Assembly (NCBI RefSeq): GCF_011745625.1 | Contig: NW_027191453.1 | Span: 992,001-1,056,000 of the forward strand | Direction of reading: 5' to 3' | DNA length: 64,000 nt | From: Cladosporium halotolerans | Taxonomy: Eukaryota | Shown here: positions 32,867-43,735 of the stretch, piece by piece | How the letters are laid out: the number at the start of each line of letters is the position of its first letter | Position numbering within the stretch: position 1 is the first letter of the stretch | Notes under the pieces: model-generated | Databases searched by the model: none | What the model was told of the DNA's origin: nothing | What the model saw: only the letters and a program-made list of their open reading frames with translations | Translations under genes and position numbers: made by a program

Positions 32867-33790
32867 ATGGGCGACAAAGACATAGTCGAAAAAGACGCTG
32901 GGGAGGACCCAAGCCGTGTTTCCACCATCGAGCATGTTCGCGAAGGAGAGCGCCCGGACTTTTCGAAACCCCTGCCGCGACAAAAGCTGCCCGCCGATTT
33001 GCAGAAAACCTTCGAAAACGACGAGACCTGGTGGAGCGCGTTCTACGAGGGCAACGCGCAAGAGTCTACAGAGTCCAGCGTCCGTTATGCCGCCTACGCG
33101 TCCCGTTTCCGAACCATCCTTCTATCCGCGCACCGCTATGTCGCATACACATCAGATATCGGAGAGAGCTTCAGGCCGATTGCACACCCAATCGCGGTAC
33201 GAGCGGCATACGGTGTTTCGTGGACGTACCTGATCGGTGATGTGGGCTATGAAGGATACAAGGCATACCTCCGCAATCAACGCTCGCTTCACCCTGAGAA
33301 CCAGGAGGGTACGAAGGAGCTCTCCACAACTTCTACCGACAAGGGATCCGCGAAGGTCGGAGAAAGCAGGTCGCTCGGCGCCGGAATCACCGGTGACAGC
33401 ATCGCAAGCCAGCAGCCCGAGGGTCGCGTCGTGCCCATCGAGGACTACCGCACGGTAATGGCACAGCGAGCACTCTTCCAGGGCGTAGCCTCGATGGGTT
33501 TGCCCGCATTCACTATCCACAGCATTGTCCGCTACTCCGGCCGTGCGTTGAAGAATGCGAAGAACACGCGAATTCGCACGTGGGGACCTATTGGTCTTGG
33601 TCTCGCGGCTGTACCTGCTCTGCCCTACATGTTCGATGAGCCAGTGGAGAAGGCGACAGAGTGGCTATTCCACAAGGCGTTCGAGACCATCGGCGGACCC
33701 GACGCCGTTCGCGCGACTCCTGTGACTGGTCAAACAGCGATGAGGGAGCTGTCGACTCAGCAGAACAGGCAGAAGGAGAAAGAGCTGTAA
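32867..33790 (+). CDS. MTFP1: Mitochondrial fission process protein 1 (MTP18 family)
   Basis: RYVAYTSDIGESFRP, AYGVSWTYLIGDV, FQGVASMGLPAFTIH and GLGLAAVPALPYMFDEPVE. Single 307-aa ORF. Confidence 0.88.
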   Translation: MGDKDIVEKDAGEDPSRVSTIEHVREGERPDFSKPLPRQKLPADLQKTFENDETWWSAFYEGNAQESTESSVRYAAYASRFRTILLSAHRYVAYTSDIGESFRPIAHPIAVRAAYGVSWTYLIGDVGYEGYKAYLRNQRSLHPENQEGTKELSTTSTDKGSAKVGESRSLGAGITGDSIASQQPEGRVVPIEDYRTVMAQRALFQGVASMGLPAFTIHSIVRYSGRALKNAKNTRIRTWGPIGLGLAAVPALPYMFDEPVEKATEWLFHKAFETIGGPDAVRATPVTGQTAMRELSTQQNRQKEKEL

Positions 33791-34098
33791 GATTGATATC
33801 GCACAGGCCACATGAAAGATTCTCTGTTGTGCTCAAGACCGCGATTCGTGGGCGTTCTCGGCTCAGCCAAATACTTTACCAGTGTACATAAGATTCCAGA
33901 ATCCCACATGTTGTACAATGTATCCACAAAGATTCAATCATATTGTCCGAAAACTTGTTCGTCATCTTTTCTGAACATAACCTACACAAATCCTCGCTCA
34001 CCGTATTACTGACATGAACAATATCGAAGGGCTGAAAGAACATTGACATTACATATACTTCATACACATCATCGACACCAGCTAATCATGTCAACATA

Positions 34099-34593
34099 CT
34101 AGACGCCACCGAGAAGGCCGGTAACCTTGCCAGCATCCGGGAGATTTCCCTGGAAGAGCGTAAGTTTTAGCCAATAGCTTTGATATCACAAAGGACACAA
34201 GCGTACCGCAGTGGGGAGTGAGGGCAGCTGGGGCTGAGCGTCGCGCTTCACGCCTCCGGTGAGACCAGTCACTGTACCAGTGACGCCGGAAAGGCTTCCC
34301 TAAGAAGTGTCAGCTTGTGGCAAGAAGTAGCCCGCACACAGACACACGACATACCGCTGCGGGAATCGAAGGCAATTGAGGTTTGGCATCGCGCTTCAAA
34401 GCACCACCAAGACCTGGCGCACTGCTGAGGAGGGACGTTGGATTGCTCTGTTTGGGGTTTAGAAGCTGCGAGCAAGAGTGAAGCTTTGCTGTCGTACCAG
34501 GGGAAGAGCGGGCACCTGAGCCTCTGGCTGTCCGATGGGCGCAGCCAAGATGCCGGTAGACAAGGCGAGGAGAAGCAGGGATACGGTCTTCAT
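34099..34593 (-). CDS. Small secreted Kex2-processed repeat protein (KEP-like peptide precursor), 110 aa
   Basis: Exons 34498-34593, 34355-34447, 34207-34299 and 34099-34149 with three phase-0 GT-AG introns give MKTVSLLLLALSTGILAAPIGQPEAQVPALPL|SNPTSLLSSAPGLGGALKRDAKPQLPSIPAA|GSLSGVTGTVTGLTGGVKRDAQPQLPSLPTA|GNLPDAGKVTGLLGGV*. A TATATA element lies ~90 nt upstream (34682-34688). Confidence 0.88.
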
Positions 34594-35547
34594 GTTTTCG
34601 AGGCAATGAACGGAATGTGAGGTCAAATGGTGTAAAGTGGTAGGTTGATATACATTGTGTTCAAGGAACACGGCGTACGAGATATATAGGCGGCCTGCCT
34701 TCACATATCGAGAGGCGCTGCTCAGTGGAAAGCATGTCCACCCTCGAGGCTCGATCGCATCAACCAGGCGAAACTTTGTTGGAGCTTTACAGCATAGCCA
34801 GAAATAAGTATGGCGCCACCGGATCTCCCCAATTCAATGCAGCCGCATTTCGGTGGCAACTCCTCAAGAGGAGTCGAGTCTAGGTCGCCAACATGTCTCG
34901 TCGTGAGCCTATATGTGAGTCTACTATACTTTGCCCCTGGGAGTTACGCCAGGTCTGCCCTCGCACAGGTACGGGACTCCGTACAACTCACGTCGTCCGC
35001 CCAATAGTTGATCAAGCCATTCAATCGCAATATAATCCATAGAATCACCACGGCTTGTGATGACCCTAGGACTCGGTGCCCAGCATCAAAATGGTCTGTG
35101 TGATTTGCTGCGGACATTCTCAGCTCAGAGATTATAAAGTGTCCAGATAGAGCATGCTTCTCAACGCTCCTGTTGACAGTGCCTCCCTGTCTCACGAGAT
35201 GGAGGGGGCGCCACTGGGATGGCGCGGTTTGCAGCGGCTGTCATGAACGCGAGGATTCTGACCCCTTTGGGAAGAGCTTAATGGAAACAGAAATCCATGG
35301 ACCTGTCGTCGAAACGTGGGCATTCAAGACCTGCTAAACGAGCACCGTCAACTCGACTGGAATATGAGCAGGCGCGGTGTTGGCAGAAGGATTCGGTGGC
35401 GCTTTGCACAAATGATCTCGCAATTTGTGATGGTGCAAAAAGCCAGAGAAGGATGCCGGCCACGCGGTATGCGATCCTTCAGCAGGATGACGAATATTGC
35501 CTTGGGTAGCGATGGAGTCGAGACAGCATCTTTGTCGTGTACACGTC

Positions 35548-36516
35548 TCACTTCTGATTCTTCCGCATCTGGTCGAACATATCTTTCCACTGCTGGTCTT
35601 CATCGTCATCATCTTCCTCGGTGTCATCGTCGTCATGATCGTCAGCTCCCTTGACAGGCACATTCATATCGACGTCTTTGAGCATAGCGGCCACTTCAGC
35701 AACAGGAGGCAGAGTATTCGCATTTGACGAAGTAGTTGTCGGCTCGTATCCCTCGATAGCAGTAGAGCTTGAAAATTTGACTTTGCTCGCCGGTTGAGTC
35801 TGTCTAGACGATGGCGTCTTCTCAACAATGAAGTCCGCCATGACCTGGTCTGGCCTAAAACTTGCGGCAGTTTCTCCTCTCTCCAAGGCCAGTTCGCCTC
35901 TCTCCGCCACCCGCTGTTGGATCTTTTTGGAGCTGGCTTCATCGCCATCGGAGCTTTCGGCGGACATCAGATGGCGATCATTCTCGTGCAAGACAATTGG
36001 CGCTTGCTGACCGGGCACCCGTTCCCACGCAGGAACTTCAGAAAGCTGTGCTTTGATGTAAAGGCCTTTGCGGGTACACTCCTTGCTGCACCAATCGCCA
36101 TCCCCCTCCTTCAGCTTCCACGACTCAGATTCCTTGAGGTGAAGCCCACGGGGCTCGTTGGCACATAAGGGATATCCGCATCTGCTGTCTATTCGTCGTT
36201 CTTCGACCAGCTCGTCAAAGTTCGAGGGTTGAAATATGGAAACGAGCTGAAGAAATTGCGATGCATCTTGAGCTGTGGGCTGTGACGATGGCGGAAACTC
36301 CAAAAGGATTTCGATGTGGTTGAGTATTTGGCTGGACGTCTTCTTCTGATGGTCGATCAAGAGGGCATGCTTGATTGCTATATCGAAGTGGCGTTTTTTC
36401 TTTGCTGCCTCGGCGTCCGCCTCGGCCTGCGCTGCTTCGTCTGGTGGTGGCGACGTCCCAGCCGGTCTGGCCGGCTGCTTCAATATGGATTTTCCTGGCA
36501 CCTTCTTAGTTGCCAT
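35548..36516 (-). CDS. RTR1: Rtr1/RPAP2 RNA polymerase II CTD phosphatase-like protein
   Basis: FQPSNFDELVEERRIDSRCGYPLC...WCSKEC...KAQLSEVPAWER zinc-finger pattern. First ATG at 36516. Confidence 0.87.
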   Translation of the reverse strand: MATKKVPGKSILKQPARPAGTSPPPDEAAQAEADAEAAKKKRHFDIAIKHALLIDHQKKTSSQILNHIEILLEFPPSSQPTAQDASQFLQLVSIFQPSNFDELVEERRIDSRCGYPLCANEPRGLHLKESESWKLKEGDGDWCSKECTRKGLYIKAQLSEVPAWERVPGQQAPIVLHENDRHLMSAESSDGDEASSKKIQQRVAERGELALERGETAASFRPDQVMADFIVEKTPSSRQTQPASKVKFSSSTAIEGYEPTTTSSNANTLPPVAEVAAMLKDVDMNVPVKGADDHDDDDTEEDDDDEDQQWKDMFDQMRKNQK

Positions 36517-37006
36517 GATACTATGCGCCCGTGAAGACAGAGACAGAAGGTTAAGCTCGCGCTGCGACAGCACAGTCCCGTAGTCTGCAGGCTGTTCCGC
36601 GTCTGCTGCTGCTCCAAGCGTTGCTTAAGCTTCACGCGGTGCACGCGCGCAAGGGTAGCGTTGCGGAAACGTCGTCATCCGGCCCACGTTCCTGCCGTTG
36701 CCAACTCAGGCAGCTCTGGGCGGCCCTCACTTCACTCCACCAGCTCGCAACTGCCTCTTTGGACCTTTCATCCTTGTGTGAATCACGTGTGATCCCTTAC
36801 ACCACCGTTGGCCCCGCTCAAACACCCCGTCTGGCCACGAAACCGGCCTGAAACGCCGTCCAGCCAGGCAACAAGGCCAGTGCATTGGCACGCGTGGAGT
36901 TTATTGTAGGAGCTTCGTCATTCCCACCACCCCGTACAGGAGGCCCTCCACATCTCGCTCTGCATCCGCAAACCACAACAAGACGACCGCACAAACCGTC
37001 GCCGCC

Positions 37007-40000
37007 ATGGCTGGCTACAAAGTCAAGGCGCTGTACGAGTACACTAGCGAAGAGCCCGACGACCTCACCTTCCCGGTGGGCCAAGTCATTACCATCACGG
37101 AAGAGATAGACGCGGATTGGTACGAGGGAGAGTATACAGACGCCAGTGGGGCCAAGAAGGCAGGCATCTTTCCCAATAACTTCGTGGAGAAGTGCGAGCC
37201 CGAGGTTCCATCGAGGCCTAGCAGGCCTACCAGGCCAAAGCAAGAGACCCAGACACCTTCCGTGCCCGCTGCGGCTCCTGAGCCTGAACCTGAGCTTGAG
37301 CCTCAAAATGCGGCAAGAGAAGAGGACGATACCCCTCCGGTGCCGGCAGCTTCAAAGCCACAGCCGCCGCCTGTGACCATCCCCGCTGAGCCAACTAAAG
37401 CTCGGGAGGAGGTGCGCTCGCCGCCCTCCACTACTAGTGAGAGGAGCCCTGCCGCACAAGTCGAGCCTCCTCCTGCACCCAAACCGGTCCAAGCGGAGCC
37501 CGCGGCGACCGAGTCTAAGAAGCCGCCGCCGCCCGTTGCGCCCAAGTCCAATGCCTTCAAAGACCGCATTGCAGCCTTCAACCAGCCGGCGGCGGCACCC
37601 GTGATGCCTTTCCAGCCGGGTGGACAGAAGTCTCAGCCAAGCAACTTCATCAAGAAGCCCTTTGTTGCTCCACCGCCGAGCAGTTCCGCTTATGTCCCAC
37701 CACCAATTAAGCAGGAACCGCAGCAAACACATTATCGCAGAGAGGAGGACCCCGAGATCAAGCAGCGGCAGGAGGAGGATAGGGCTGCGGCCGAAGCTGC
37801 GGGTTTTCGCGATGAGACCCAACAAGAGGAGGGCGAAGAGGACGCACCGAAGCCTCAAAGCCTGAAGGATCGCATTGCCTTGCTGCAAAAACAACAGGCT
37901 GAGCAAGCCCAGCGTAGGGCTGGTGGCGGGGAGAAGAGGGAAAGAAAGCCCTCCAGGAAACCATCTGAGCCTGAACCTGAGGGTGATGACGACGAGCTTG
38001 CCCGTGTCCGTAGCCCCGGCGATGAGAGACAGAGTTTGGATGTCTCTCGTGGTCGTCCTAGGGTTCCGTCGGCTCAGAGACCTCCGCAGGAGCCCATGTC
38101 GCCCTTGCCGGATGCACCGCAGCACGAAATTCTCAGTGGCGGCGAAGAAGCCGACCAGTCAGCTGCTGGTGAGACCACAGAGGATGATGCTGGCACCATT
38201 GGACCAGAGGACAGCGACGACAAGCCCAAGCCGCCGCCTCGAATTGACACAGCGCCCAAAGAAGAGAAAGAAGTTGGCGACGAGGCGGACACTACGGAAA
38301 ATGCCGACGACGACGAGGATTCCATGGATGAAGAGACTCGGAAGCGCTACGAGTTGAGAGAGCGCATGGCCAAGATGAGCGGTGGTATGGGTATGGCCGG
38401 CATGTTCGGCCCACCTGGTGGCATGCCAATGCCTGGCAAGGGCGCCCCTAAGAAGCGCACTTCCACTAGAGACTCCGACAGGAAAGCATCTGTCGACATT
38501 CAAAGCCCTACCAGCCCTTCGAGTCAGGAGCCACCAAGGATGCCCATGATGCCTATCCCTGGGATGCAGCCTGTCCAGAGCCCTCCCGCGGATGAACCTC
38601 GCAGATCTGTTGAGAAGGAGCCCGAACCCGAGCTTGAACCGATTTCCGCGCAGAGACAGCCTGATGAGGTTCCAGATGTGGAGGATGTGAAGCCTGAGCC
38701 CCCACCGCGGGCTTCGATGACGGAGGAACGCGGTGCTCCTCCACCAGTGCCAAGAGGTAAGTGTTAACAAAGCCGAGATCTGCAAGAGCCTCTAATCAAA
38801 GCCTGGTGTCTTTGCTGCAAAGATTCCAGGTGTTTGGAAAGAGGAGGCACATGGCGCCGTTTTTCTTGCAAGTCAGGTCCATTGTGTCCAAGCTGACCCT
38901 TTATAGAGCGCCCGTTATCTCAGGCAGCTCCACCTATACCGGGTGACCGCCCTGTACCCCGTCCGCCTCCTGGCCCGCCGGCTCCTGAAACGCGACCTGT
39001 ACCGCCCCCACCGCCTCCAGCCGCTGCTGTTCCTACACCTCTTTCGCCTGGGCCGGGGTCCGAGTCTGATGATGAGATGTCAATGCACAACAGACAATCA
39101 TCTGTGCAAACTCCAATTGCGGAGACTCCTCTCTCGATCAGAACTGGCCCTCCTCCAGTGCCTCAGCAAGAAAACACTCCTCTGGTGACATCCCCGCGGA
39201 ATAAGAGGGCTTCTTACTTCAATAGCGAGGAAAGCACGCCGCAAACTTCCACCTCGGAGAAGCGGTCGAGCAAGATTCCTCCTATCCCTGGAAGCAGCCC
39301 GGCGAGTGCATCGAGGCCGCCACCTCCTCCTCCGCCGCAGACGTCTGCGCCCCCTAGCCGCCAAAGCACGGATTTGCAGGCAATGCCGATTACTGGAAAC
39401 GATGAGCGCGGCGAAAGCGACTATGAGGGCGACTACGATACGGATATCGCCTCGAGTGCAAAGCACAAAGACGCTTTGAAATCACACACGCGCGACCTCA
39501 GCATGGATGGAAGTACTACTGCCGATGACACTCCTGAGGACGTCACGTCTCCTGTTTCTGCTGCGCCTCCTCCTATCCAAAGGGCAGTTCCGCCTCCACC
39601 TCCGCAGGCTGCTCCCAGACCTCGTCAATCAATGGACACACCTCGCGCTCCACCCCCTGCGCCGCCGCAGAGAGAGATGTCTACCTCTTCGTATGGCGGT
39701 GACTATGATCCTTATCGCTACAACGATGCTAGCAAGTCACCACCTCCAGTGCCTGGTGCCGTACCTGTTGCGGCGCCACCGATCCCTCCTAGAGAATCGG
39801 AACCCGTCAAAGAGGACAGTTCAGATGATATGTACTCGGCGTCGCCTCCGAGGAAATCCATGGATCGCCCGCCTCCTCCCCCGCCCGTTCACGCTGAACA
39901 ACACGCTCCTATGCCACCCATGCCCCCGGTTTCACAACCACCTCCACCTGCTCGAGCACCACCAAGGCAATCGCTCGACGTATCGAGGAATCCCACTACA

Positions 40001-40834
40001 GTGAGGCGTTCCATGGATCAGAGCCGACCCTCCTCTGATAACGGACAAATTGCCAACGACCTCAACTTGAGCGAAGATACTCCCTGGTGGACAGCTGAGC
40101 AGCCTCTGCCGCCAGTCCTCCAAAGCCGAAGAGGCGTGGACATCCTGTCAGAGAGCGAAGAATCCAAGACATCTAAGCGTGGCGGCCGTACCATCATCAG
40201 CAAGGACATCTACGTCCTTTACATCGATTACAGCCAGACCGTCATCACCGCGCGCTACGACCCTCAGGACCCAGAGAACGTCTCCCTCGAGCAGCGCCAC
40301 GAAGCTCCTCCCGCCAAACTCCGCCAAGACCAGCTCGAGTCCTACTGGCAGCGCTTCGGCGCCAAAATCGGCGACACCGCCGCCTCTCTAGGTAACAGCA
40401 AGAAAGACAGCACGGTCGGCGACGGCACGCCCTTCGCACTCGTCGCGGACCTCATCAAGGCGCAGCCCGAGGCCCTGCACCCCGTCGGCACCCGCGCCTA
40501 CGGCGCCCTCGTCTATGCTAACCTTGCCAACGCCTCCGTCATGCAGTTCGACGAGATCCGCGCCGGCGACATCGTCACGCTGCGCAATGCCAAGTTCGAG
40601 GGCAAGCACTCCGGCCCCATGCACCAGAAGTACAAGCAGGATCTGGGCGCCGGCCACGTTGCTATTGTTGGCGAGTGGGACGGCACACGCAAAAAGATCA
40701 GGGCGTGGGAGCAGGGGAGGGAGAAGGCGAAGGTGAGGATGGAGAGTTTCCGTCTCGGCGACTTGAAGAGCGGCGAAGTGAGAGTCTGGAGAGTTGTGGG
40801 CAGGGAGTGGGTAGGCTGGGAAGGCGAGGCGTAG
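37007..40834 (+). CDS. BBC1: SH3-domain proline-rich myosin-tail-interacting protein (Bbc1/Mti1)
   Basis: N-terminal SH3 (VKALYEY...DWYEGEY...GIFPNNFV), FKDRIAAF and LKDRIALL motifs, LRERMAKMSGGMGM, and a conserved C-terminal domain (FDEIRAGDIV...SFRLGDLKSGEVRVWRVVGR). Intron 38757-38906. Confidence 0.85.
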
Positions 40835-42117
40835 TCTTCGTCCATTGATGCATCCGCGTTATGTGATTGAAGTATGTAGCGTGGGAGAGAACGGATAATG
40901 TAGATACGAACTCGTAATACAGGAGTCGTTGTGATGCGAAGCACCCCGATCACGAACCGTGTTCCTTCAAACGCCACCATGCCGCTGTCTCCGACCCGTC
41001 TGCGACGTGGTGTAGTTTGACGCCTGTGCCAGTACATCACAATATCAAAAGACCTTTCATTACAGCGCGCCCAAGATTGTGAGGCGAGAACGGGTGATGC
41101 ATTTGCCAAAAGGCGAGACCGGGGCCTCACCAACTGCACGTAGCTAAGTTATATCCGCAACGACAGACAGACAGACGCTCTCACAGGCAGTCACTAACGC
41201 TACACGACACCCGGAAAAGCGGCAACCAAAGAAATAGAAGGAAATGACACTAATACACAGGCGAAGCCGCCCTTTTTGCTCGTTAAAGACCCGACTACCA
41301 ATCTTTCCGCGCCGCCGTCCCGATCCGTGACATTTTTCAGGGGCCGCCCTTCTTGCTTCGTTTATCAGATCGCCTGCCCTGGCGTCACCTAAGAGAAAGA
41401 CGGAGGAGTGAATGGTAAAGTTGATCAAAATGTCGAGAGATGGCCCGCGCTGTTGGCAGTGCGTTGCATTTGAAGGGCGCGGACCATTTCTGAGAAGTGA
41501 AGAAGGAATAAGTAATAGAATTCGTACACGTCGTCAGAAGTTCTGCTCGTAGAATAGAAATGCCTTGCCGTGACCGCGATGGGAGATATTAGAGGTAGAC
41601 CTGTAACGACGGGAGAAGGAAGAGATGCGGTTCGGGTTCCACCAATGCCGAGATAGCGTGCTTCATTCTTTTTTGTTTTTGCTTTGTTTTTTTTGTTGTC
41701 CGTTGAGATGATCTTCGTTTTGTGATTCCGCGGCGAGACAACTGGGATATCTCGAAGCCGGGACGTGAAATTCTTGTAAATGAGGTCGTGAGGCGTCCTT
41801 ACTCGTGAAGTCTTTGTGGAAGTCGGGAGTGAGTGGCTCTTGATTGTGTTCTGGCGTCGCTGTTTCTTTTTTGTGCTCGATGCGTATGCTGCTGTTCGTG
41901 TGTGCGTATCCGTGAAGGCGCTATCGTATTTCAAAAGGCGTAGGTTGAATGTGAGGCTCATCCTTCTCACTCCACTCATGTAGCGCCTGCGCTCTTGGGC
42001 GTGGAGCCGGAGCTGATGGTGTGCAATGGTGGTGTCGATCGCGGCAGATGGGCCGGATGTAAAAACTTATGCCGCTCAGCGCTAAGAAGTACGAATGGCA
42101 AGATTGCTGTACAGCGC

Positions 42118-43735
42118 TTAGTGGCAGCCAGTTTGGAGATCCGGGTAGTACCCGCGACTCGAATCGACGCCTTGGAAGCGGCCGATACCACTGGCAGAAT
42201 ACTGCGCGCCTGGAATGGCATCCGAGTACTCAGTCTTGACTGCGTATTGGCGCGGCTCAGTGGAGAAACGAGCATTGCTCTCGATCTTTCCGAGCGGCGG
42301 TAGTTGGGTCGGCATGCCTTCGTAGATAGTACTTGGGTAGTACTGGTATCCGCTGTGCTCATGTAGTGCAAGTCGGTCGGCGTCCGACATCACGGTTTCA
42401 ACTGGGTATCCGTCCACCGGTCCGCCGTCAATGCTTGACGAGCTGCTACCCGAGTGGCTGCCCGGGTCGCCTAGGGGTATGCCGAGGCCATAGTGGTTGG
42501 CCCGATAGCCGTTAATCCCCCCATTACCACCGCTGTAGTGACTCCCGGCACCGCGGAACCCGCCTGCATTCATGGCACCGAATGAAGCGCCGCCGGTGCT
42601 ATATCCTCCACTGGAGCCGGTCGATCCACCTCTGCCAGAAGTGCCGTTTTGACCCTCATTCTGGTAATGGCTCGGGGATCGTCCTCGGACGACGATCTTC
42701 TCACTCACGCGCTGAGCGATTTTGACCCATGACGGCGTGTCGTTTTCGCCTTTTCGTATGTCCACGAATAGCTCAACCACGAGATGAAAATACTGCTGCG
42801 AAGCACGTCTCTTCCCGTTGTTTGCGGTCGCCTGTTTGAACTGAATTCGCTCAAAAGTGTGGGTAGTCGAAGAGCCTGGGAGAGGAATGTGCGCGGCGCC
42901 ATTGCTGTTCATGTTGAACTGACTCATGGTCGGGGTCGAATCGGGCTGCGAGAGAGATGTGTCGTCCGGCTTACTCTGGAAGGGCAGAATCGGGCCGGGA
43001 GGATGACCAGTGGCATGGAAGGTGTGCATGGGAACCTGATAGACTCCGTGCGGAGATATTGTCGAATCCATCCTTCCAGTCGGCGTGGGAGAGACTTTCG
43101 TCACGTCGATCTTGTTCTTCGGGCCAGCATCGCGTTTAGGGGTATGCTGGACAAGTTCGATCGATTTGCCTTGCGAGCCGTCTACGGCAGCGGACAGGCG
43201 CATGCCCATGGCCATTACCTGCTCGGTGTGATTGTTGCGCTTGATGGTCAGGCGACCATTGCTGATGTTGGGATGAAGCTCGAAATGGCAGTTGACCGAG
43301 AAATAGTTGCGTCGGTAGCAAGTCCATTTGTCGTCAACGGTAGACAGGAAGAATCCTTTCTCGACCTTTGCATGAACTTCCGGTGTGACGGGCATGTCGC
43401 CGCAGTGGAGTTCAAGCAAGACCTCCAGATTCGGCCAGGGAAAGCTCAGGGACTCATTCTGCATACCACCGTAGGCGTGTGCGCCCGGCGTAGCCATGTG
43501 TGTTGGGCCACTAGATGGGACACCTGTCAAAGATAGGCCTGCTGCTGCGGCCGTGAGAATGCTTCGGGAAGGGTCTGCGTAGTGCGGGTAGCTCGATTGA
43601 ACACTCGGTGAGAGTGCGTTCCGAGCCAAATATGGTGAAGCGTTTGCGTACACGTCGCGATCGGTGGCATTCGTGGCGCCTGATAAAGGCGAACGCGTCG
43701 AGGGTGAGAGTATGCTTTGTGTTGAGCCGTCTAGT
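42118..43735 (-). CDS. Ndt80/PhoG-family transcription factor (main exon; 5' exon(s) and start unresolved)
   Basis: KGFFLS...WTCYRRNYF, LVQHTPKRDAGP, FERIQFKQATANNGKRRASQQYFHLVVEL and IVVRGRSPSHY. An upstream intron at 43736-43815 indicates additional 5' exon(s). Confidence 0.88.

Noticed and set aside
31997..33061. 354-aa minus-strand ORF
   Set aside because: Chance read-through across the MTFP1 antisense strand, the promoter and ATP19 introns; the real gene is the 3-exon ATP19.
28227..34593. Secondary-metabolite or RiPP cluster (MATE + PPTase + peptide precursor)
   Set aside because: The PPTase is the AcpS-type mitochondrial enzyme. No PKS, NRPS, DUF3328 or tailoring genes are present, and the neighbours are housekeeping genes.
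38757..38906. Alternative acceptor at 38801 in the BBC1 intron
   Set aside because: Weak AAG acceptor very close to its putative branch, and it would lead to an in-frame stop; no support without RNA data.
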